Both the position numbers and the translations under genes were made by a program. Shown one piece after another: positions 47,301 to 56,300 of a stretch of DNA of 64,000 nucleotides. The notes beneath the pieces were generated by a model. The model was given only the letters and a program-made list of their open reading frames with translations. It did no database searches and was not told where the DNA came from. The DNA is taken from positions 14,942,001 to 15,006,000 of the forward strand of contig CM068749.1 of assembly GCA_035084275.1 (NCBI GenBank), given 5' to 3'. Source of the stretch: Hydrolagus colliei. Taxonomy: Eukaryota. Position 1 is the stretch's first letter; the number at the start of each line of letters is the position of its first letter.

Positions 47301-50300
47301 TGTTGGTTGAAATAGAATAATGGGATGCTTTAAAAAAAAATCTAAAATCGTTGCTAATTACTCCTTTCTTGGCCTCTGCCACATTAAGACTTCTGTGTCT
47401 AATACAGCTTAATTGCAGTTTGCTACAAGCTGCCTTGAAATCTGCAAGAAAGAGAAGTGTGTTCTGCAAATGTCTTTGGGAATTGGAATCTAACTGCTTG
47501 GAGAGCGTATGATCATCATATAGTGCATGTTCCTTTAACAATGCTTACTCTGTGAGCTCTCACTCTCATTTTTATCTAATCCATTGCTGTCAGGAGTCCT
47601 CAAATAAAATTTTCTAAGCTTGACACAGTAAAACTCACATAAGTGGTATCACTCGTGATCATGACATTTCATCTGATTTACTTGAAGTCCGAGTTGCAGC
47701 CAAATCTGTATAAATCGTATAAAATCTGATTCAATCAATAATCTACATTGTGTCACGAAGTGTGCCGACAGCAGTTCATCACTGTGGCCAGTAAGTGTGC
47801 ATGTGGTGACAGATCAACACCACATTTTCTTCGATTTAATGTAGCTGGTAAGTGCCAGAGTAATGGAGAATAGGGGAGCGGTGGTACGATTTAGGAGATG
47901 ATAAATCCAATTAGTGCAAAGAAATTTAAATGTTTTTGAAAGGTAACTGAATGGACTTGAGTGCATTGAGTGTTTATAATATATGATTTATAAAGATAAG
48001 AAATGCGAGTCTTACTGTATTAAAAATTAAACACACAGGAATGGTATTGATTTGAACAAGTCTGTCAAGTTCCCTAATTCTATTTACTTTTAGCTGTCCA
48101 AAAAAGCTGTCCAAAAAAATCTGTCCAAGCCAATTGTTCAATCCAGTTACACTTGCTTTATGCTATCTAATGCTATCATATTCTATTCTGCAAACTCAAT
48201 CTATGAGATTGAGTTTGCAGAATAGAATATGATGTAAGAGTTACGGTACTAATGTAACTACTGGAAATAAGTTGTGTGAAATACTGTATATACTTCACCC
48301 TCAGAGAATTTATAAAATGCATTTGACATCTATTATCATTAACACTAAACAATCCTTAACACTTGTATTTTAATTCCTTAGCATTCTTGTAGTATCTCTC
48401 TTGTTCACAAAACCACAGGAAACTAATATCTCTTGGGAAATGAATTTCATCCTTTGGCTTTTGTTTGAGTTCTGTGGAGAAATATTTGTCCAGTTAAAGA
48501 GCTGGTATAAATGAATGACGTACTTGGCAGCATCCCTTAAGTCAGTCACATTTCGTGTTTTACCAAGTCCATCTTTGAAGGTTGTCTTGTTCGCTACAGT
48601 TAATATTCCATTCTTGGTTGTAAAGTCAGGAAAGCATCTGCGTAGGACTGCAAAGTAGATCCAGGTCATTTTAGTATTTGTCACTCAAATTAAATTACAG
48701 TGCATTTATTTCAAAGCTGCATTTAGCTAAACACAAATGTTTTTTGTTCTTTGCAACCAAAATCTCATACGTACAAGGTCTGCTGGGAACAATCATTGAA
48801 GGACAGTCTTCATCTCGCAACACTTCTGCAACTGACTAAAATATAAAGAACAAGATAATATATCAGTACCAGTCTCTTATCATACTGCGCCTGCTTCAGC
48901 CATTGATTCGCATCAAACATTGTTTTTACACCAATAATTTCACACCTTCATTTATTTCTGTTTTTTGGGCAATCTTATGGAGAGGTTCAGATGAAGAAAG
49001 CCTTTGGTCCAATTACATTCCTCCTTCCACAATGTCCAAATTCCTGTCCTCGCAACAGAATTGGGCTGTATTTTAACTAAATCCAACATCCTGGCCTCAA
49101 CTACCCTTCAGGTAATCTATTCTAGTTGTTAATTACTCTCCAAGTAAAGAGATACCTCCTGGAATCTGACCTGAAATTGCCCTTTGCAACCCTAACCTTG
49201 TGTTCTTTTGCTCTGCCAGTCCCAGAGCAAGGTCAAACCAGAGTTCCTGTGAATTGACTTGATGTGCATCCAGTCACTGTCAGAAGTAACGAAATGCAAT
49301 GCCCAAATGGCACATTTTAGATCCCAATATATAAAGATAATGGAAATACACGGTACATTTTCAGTTGATTTGAAATCAGTAATCTTTCTTCAAGCGTACC
49401 AGGAATATTTTGCACTATTGTGAAAGCTCTCCGTTTGATTTTCAGAATTTAAATATTCTGTTTACCATAGCAAAAAACACTTTTATAGGCATAAGTGGGG
49501 TAAATAATTTGTGTACTTCCTTGTGCAATCATTAACTCAAAGTCTGCTAAAAAGAAATTTATGACAAAATGTCATCTTTCTAGGCATCCTTTTTTGCTTT
49601 TGCTCTCTTTCTCTCCTGTGCATTTTGTCAGTCAGCACGTACATAGGCGATGTTGCCATTAGCATATGTTTGCAACAAGAATAAATTATGTATGTCTGTA
49701 GACACCTGCCTGATACAGTGGAACTTTGAATGGTTCATTAAATCTGTTCTAGTGCTTTGATGTCACCAGTAGCTGTTTGTATGTATCTGTTAATGTTATA
49801 ACTAATGCATGGTATTGATTAGAGCAAAAGTGAACAAACCAAACTTCAGATGTAGTAAGTTGCATTACTTTCCCCTCCATCACTTTCCCCTCCATGCTCT
49901 CACTTTAACAGAGGTCTGTCCATCATTCCAAGGAGCTATAAAGCTAATAGTAATATTTAATTATAAAGTCACAAAGAGAGGTCAATCACCTGTGACCATT
50001 TCTGCAACATATTAAATTGCACTGCAGTAAACTTTCCACCCAGAGATAATCTCTAAATGCAGACACAACGCTCCTGTTCAAAAACAGGTAACTAACAAAT
50101 GTATTCGTCAACAGGCACCATGACTGACATGAGCAATTGGTATTTAGTCTTGTTGTGCCCCTCTACTGTAACGTTTAATTGTGACCATTGAAAAAAAAAC
50201 GTTTTTTTATTTATTTAGCAGAATAGTGTGTTTCCTTTCCTTTTGGAAAATTGGAATGTCTTGTAAAGTAGGACACCTGGAATAGTACCTCCCATGCTCA

Positions 50301-53300
50301 TTTAACACTTTGGCGAACAGCTGAGGTGTGTAACATGTCCTACTCAAAGCTGTTTCAGATGACACATATCTCTGCCAAATGCATTACCAAAGGTCAATTG
50401 GAAACACTATTTATATTATTATTACAAACCATTTAACACTCTCAGTTTTTTTTATTAAGAAAAATGTGAATGTATAAAGCAATACTGCAATTTACTAAAT
50501 AGGAATCCTCAACGACAATCTTGTGTCGTTGCCTCCCATGTTTTTTTTAAAAAACAATAGCATTGTTGAGTCAACAACATCAAGAAATTCCATTTACTGT
50601 ATATAGTAGCTTTCATGTTGGGAGGACATCCCAACATTCCTGAAAAACGTCGCGTAAATCTAAAATTTGTAAATCGGTATAAGGTCCCGTTATATAACTC
50701 AAAGTGGGTTATTTTTACAAAATTTCCGGACCTTTAACCTACTAAAATAACATACAAAACACACAAAATATGTGCGCTTTATCACCACCAATTTAGTGTT
50801 GACTTTGCGGGGTCTCTTACCGCTAGCGGTATTACTGCTGCTCATTTCACTTACTGGTCTCTTTTCTGACATTGTAGAAACGCGGTAGAGGCTGTAAATT
50901 GCTCGTAATTGCTGGGGAATTTTTGGAAATAATACTAACCACGCGTGGTGTCGCTTCAAAAGAAGCTGGCTTTAAAACAATGACGTAGTGACATATTATT
51001 GGCCAGTTCAACAGCTTGGATACAGTATACATACTGCGTATTTACCGTGAAATACACTATATACTGCGTACGCGCAAAAAAGATGCAGATTTTTTCTGTT
51101 AAAACAAAATAGTGCACATCGATTAAAAAGGTGTTAAAAAAATTACGTTTGTTAAATCGATATCATGTAAATAGAGATGCCGTAAATCAGGGGATACCTG
51201 TATTTGCCCCAGTGACTCAACCTATTTATTGCATAAGTACCAACCAGTCATCATTATAAGAGTCACTGAAGAAGACTGGAAAATAGCAGGATAGTTGTTG
51301 GGTAGAAGAATGTTAATCAATGCGACACTACTAAACCAAAATAAAGTTTAGATAACAATGAATCATCTCTGTACAATCAACCACTGGGGAGGAAAAGCAT
51401 GAAGAGACTCGTTCGCAGCTTGCACACACTGTAACAGGAAGCATTCAAATAAAATTAATATCACTAGTGTTCATCTATGAAAAACAATTCCCATAGATTC
51501 ATAATTTGGCCTGTTGAGTCCCATCAAATCCCACAAGACATACAAAATAATGGCATGATTTACAATCTATCCAATAAGATATTGCAGCTAACTTATAAAT
51601 AGGGTATATTGGAATGAGTGTGAAGGTTACATTGGTTAATATTCATAAGAAAGCATATTGAAGCTTCAGTAGTAAATGCTGCAACAGCTTAATTTAAGGC
51701 ATTAATCGAAAGCAATGTGGGAGAATTAATATGATTTTACTCCCAGGATACAAACCTTTCCAGGGTTATCGAAGCCTGGTTTGCAAAACTGTCTGTAATA
51801 CTTCCAATAGTTTTTTTTGTTTCTGTAGGACTGTGCTTGCATGTTGATATAACTTGCAAACCGGTCTGGGCACTTTGTAACACAGAGCTGTTTGAAATAA
51901 GAGGAAAATATTGAACAACGTTAACAGTTTCAACAACAGCAAAATTACATTGATAGGGCGCCTTTCACGTCGGGTGGACGTCCCACGGCGCTGAACAGTC
52001 GGGTCGGGACCCGAGCAAGGGATTCAATTTAATTTGAAGTATACACGGCTATAATTAAGATTGCATCAAAGAATGCTCCAAAAATGTACAGAATTCGGTT
52101 TTAATGCCCACCCCCCCCCCGCACCCGCCCACCCCCCCTTCTCCAAAGCCACATATGTTTTGTAGCTAAGTATATACCATCCATTGCAGGGAAGCAAATC
52201 CTCTGAATGTAAATTCCAACAAGCCTATTGATACACATCACACCTACACAGATAAGAAAAGGTTTGCCAATGCTTTCATGAAGATGGAATTTTAGATTGT
52301 CAAAAAGCTTGTTTGTTCGACAGAGGGTGTTTTAAATGTCTAATCCCATGGATTAAGTAAAGTTAACTAATGCTTTAAGATATCAAAACTGTACAGTTCC
52401 TGCCTTCCTTCTGCATGCATTTTGCAGCTTTTTAAAATCCATGCTTGGCACCACCTCTAACCATAACTAACGTCATTTAGTTCCTGGCGGCTTCCTGGTG
52501 CACTGTACGAACAGATCTTTTTGATTCTTAGTGGGGAGAGTCCAAACTAAACACTGACACAAAAGTGCTGCTCTTCCCTTTGTAAGCAGCTGTTGTAAAC
52601 CCTCAGGAGAATTTGGGTTCTAGCTTTAGTGGGGCTGATGAGCACAGGTTGCAACGAATAAACAGTATGAATAATAGAGAAGCTGTCAGCTTCCATTCCT
52701 CCTTTTCAGTATTAAAATATAATGTTAGAACGATTTAATGTCAGTAATACAGCACAATGGAGACGATAAAGCAATAGCCACCTGAGAAAGGGTCTGCAGT
52801 GTAAAAAAATTCTGTGAATCCAGATCCCCGGTTCAAAATCACGTGTCTGATTGAGTTACATGCTTTGTGCAATCTGCTTTACACTGACTGCCTATATATT
52901 GCCCTGGTACAAATCTTCCCGTTGATATTAAGAGCAGGACTCCAGCACGATTCATGTAGTCTGAATGTGCTTTATACTGTAACTCTGACTGTTCATCACC
53001 AAATGAGTACTTTATGTGCAACATCACATGACTGTTTGTGGCATGAGATCTTGGTACATGGGGATTCTCTGGAATCTATTTGTTTATTATTGCTTATTAG
53101 AAACTAACAGACGGTTTAGTTTGGTTTTTCTTTTATTTTTGCTGCTAATGCTCCCTGGAATCTTTTCACTTTGATTAATCCTTTGGATCGTTTCCACCTT
53201 GTCCATGGAGATTTTTCTAAAATCCTCTTTAAGAATAAAAGGGATTTAATCAAACCTGATGAAGTGGTTCTGCTTACCTGTTTCGTTGGACACTGCAAAT

Positions 53301-56300
53301 TTATAAGCACTGCGGGACTTGCACACTTGAGGATATTGAAGTAGAATAAAATTGTCTTGTTCCTGGAAAAGAATGCAGCAAGTATATAAACTCTTTTAAC
53401 AGTGCTGTCAAGTCCATTGGTACTTTAGCAATAATACAAGTTGCACGTTATGAACCAAAAATAATAAATATTCTTCACCCCCATGTAAACTTCAGTGATT
53501 GGCTTTAAAATGTATAGAATCTGTCCAATGCTGCATTGATTTGTTTGGGTGCTGAACAGAATAGAACCAGATCAGCTTCACGAAGGAAGGCTTTAGAATT
53601 GTGGGCTGCAGGAATATACTAAATTGAATGCTCTATGAATTGAATCTTTTCCAGTGACATTGAAGGACACAGTGAATTGAATCACAGACAGAGCCATATT
53701 CTAATGAATACTGCACATAATAATTTTATCCTTCTCAGTTTGACAAAATGTGTCAGTCACAGAAAATCTAAAAATACACTGCTACACTAGCCCGCAATAC
53801 TGTGTAATTGCAAAACAATAGTGAGCTCAACACCTAAACTCAAAGTATTGTATTTATTACAGAAATACGTATTATGTTTGAAAAATCCAGTGCAAACATT
53901 GTAAACCATGTTTACACAGAACTTGTGTCCTTCTGAAATGCGATTGTTATTGAAATACTTTATTGGAACCACTGCAGTATTGACCACAGGGTGGCAGCAA
54001 AAGGTGTGTCATGCAAAGTGACTTCTCTCTCACTCAATGTAAGGCATAACATTGAAGGAATGGGTAACTAGGTGCAAGTATTAAATGCCTTAAACAATGG
54101 AGCTGCCTGGCAGAATATCGCAAATTGAAATCCAAGCCTAAATATGTGCACACTCTCCTTACTTTGTAGCCATCTCACAATATGTGTACGGAAATGTCTG
54201 TGATTACCACATCCACAATATGAACTGTTGCACTGTAACGGTACTCAAAAAAGCAATAATGTCAGAGTACAGTATCTAGTTAGACAATATTAGTTGGAGT
54301 AGAGGACTGGGATGTCATGCACATCAGTTACTTTGTTCTTGGATTTTTGTTTGCCAAATGAATATATTTAAGTGTGAACATCTTAGTGGAATAAGGGTAC
54401 TGTATTGGAATGCTAGTCATGACAAGAGCACACATGGCAACCTGTAGAGAATCCTGTGCATGAAGAGGTGCACAATCTCACCAGTAAAGTAGTAGTAGAA
54501 TGGGGAAAGTGGCCAAAGTAAAAAGCTACTCTAGATGTCATTAACATAGTTTTCTAATAATACTAGTCAATATAGCAGAAAAATTTAAATAAAGTCCCAA
54601 AATGCCAAATGAACTGATAAAATTGTACATGAATATTTCCAAAATGGTACTGTTCTAAAGAAGCAAACTGCGATTTTGTCAGTCTACATTTCTATGGATA
54701 TCTGAATGGCTTATTGGACATTTAAGAACTGCTCAATTTCATATAGATCTGATGAAGCTCTCAGTAAGCCTTAAAAAGTTGATTATGTGTTCAGGCTTCA
54801 AATACAAGATTTGGTGACTATCTTCAAGAACCTCCTCCACTGATTATTTATGATTTTCCTTTTAATTTCCCCTATCAGTTAAGCAGTTATTATTTGAATT
54901 AGCTCCTTAAAGCCCTCTTGTACAATAAGTACATTTAGAATCAATTAATGACAAACTATAGATGTGCCCGAAACATTAAAGTGTTTAATAAGCAATAATA
55001 ATAATCCTTGCATTTGATATAGTGCCTTAAAATGTTGTGACATTGCCTTCAAATTGAATAGTGTTGAGCTATAATTGAGAATATGTAGTTACTTGGCAAC
55101 AAAGTAGGCTGCCTGAACCATGTAATTCAATCTAAAATGCATCTACTTTAATCGTTTATGATTACTTAAATGTGTTAAATGCAGAATTGGCTGTATTACC
55201 AAAATCATAGTATTGAAAGTATAATTACTTTTGCTCACAAAATATACAGTCAAATCACTTTACAAAATATTCTGTGAAGCATTTGAGATATCTCGAAAAT
55301 ATGATAAGGCACTATATCAAATGCATGGATTATTATTAATGGTGAATAACACATTTATGTATGGAAGACAGGAAGAATGAGATGATTTACTCCATTGTGT
55401 GGCCTGTCTTCAGTCAAGACTCAACCCAGATAAGACTAATTAAATGCAAGTCTTATTTGTGTACTGTGGCTATTTTTATATTTCTGGAGCAAAACAAGTT
55501 TCTTTTTAAAAACAAAACTTGCTCCCAACACGGTAGAAGATCCGAAGCTCCTGTTAGTGGTTTTCTCTTCTTGAAATAAATATTATCTGGATACTGCATT
55601 ATGTAGTCTGGGTGGAAGGCAAATCCTGTCTTATAGGATTTTTGTTGTACCTTATTACCCATCCAATTTATTACAAAATTTACAGCACTGGCAGTGCCAC
55701 ATCAAGGAATCAAAATATGAATTCTAACATTTTTATATACGGTATATGTTGAGATTTACCATTTTGCGCTTCTGGCTAGTTTTACATAGATAAATCGTGA
55801 TTTCAATGCTTCTGTATAAAGGACCATTTCAACTACTGTACAAAGAAAATAAAGGGCGTTCCCAGTTCTTCTGCTCCATTATTCATTTTCACAGAATATA
55901 CTGTAAAGTGAACTACAGTATTACTTTTACTAAAAGTAAGTTGAGGACTGACAAAGTATTGATGAACATTATGATTTATTCAAAATTCAGAATTGGAATC
56001 AAAGGTTAAACAGAAATTGCAACTTCAATGGGTTGAACCCAAAGTTTGACAATCAGAGCTGCACACTAGAAGAGAAAGAATGTCCCTTCCCATCCCACAC
56101 AGGAATCTCTTGTGAACTCTGAAGGCCTGAAATTTACAAAAGGGAAGTTTAATGGAAGGGCTTTCTGTCCTCCAGCACATGCCTATCAAGGCTTTTAAAG
56201 ACTGAGTAGATTCAAATCCAATATTGGACCAATATCAAATCCAATGTTGTGTAAGTTACAGTGACTTACACAACAGTAACTGTTACTTACACAACAATTC

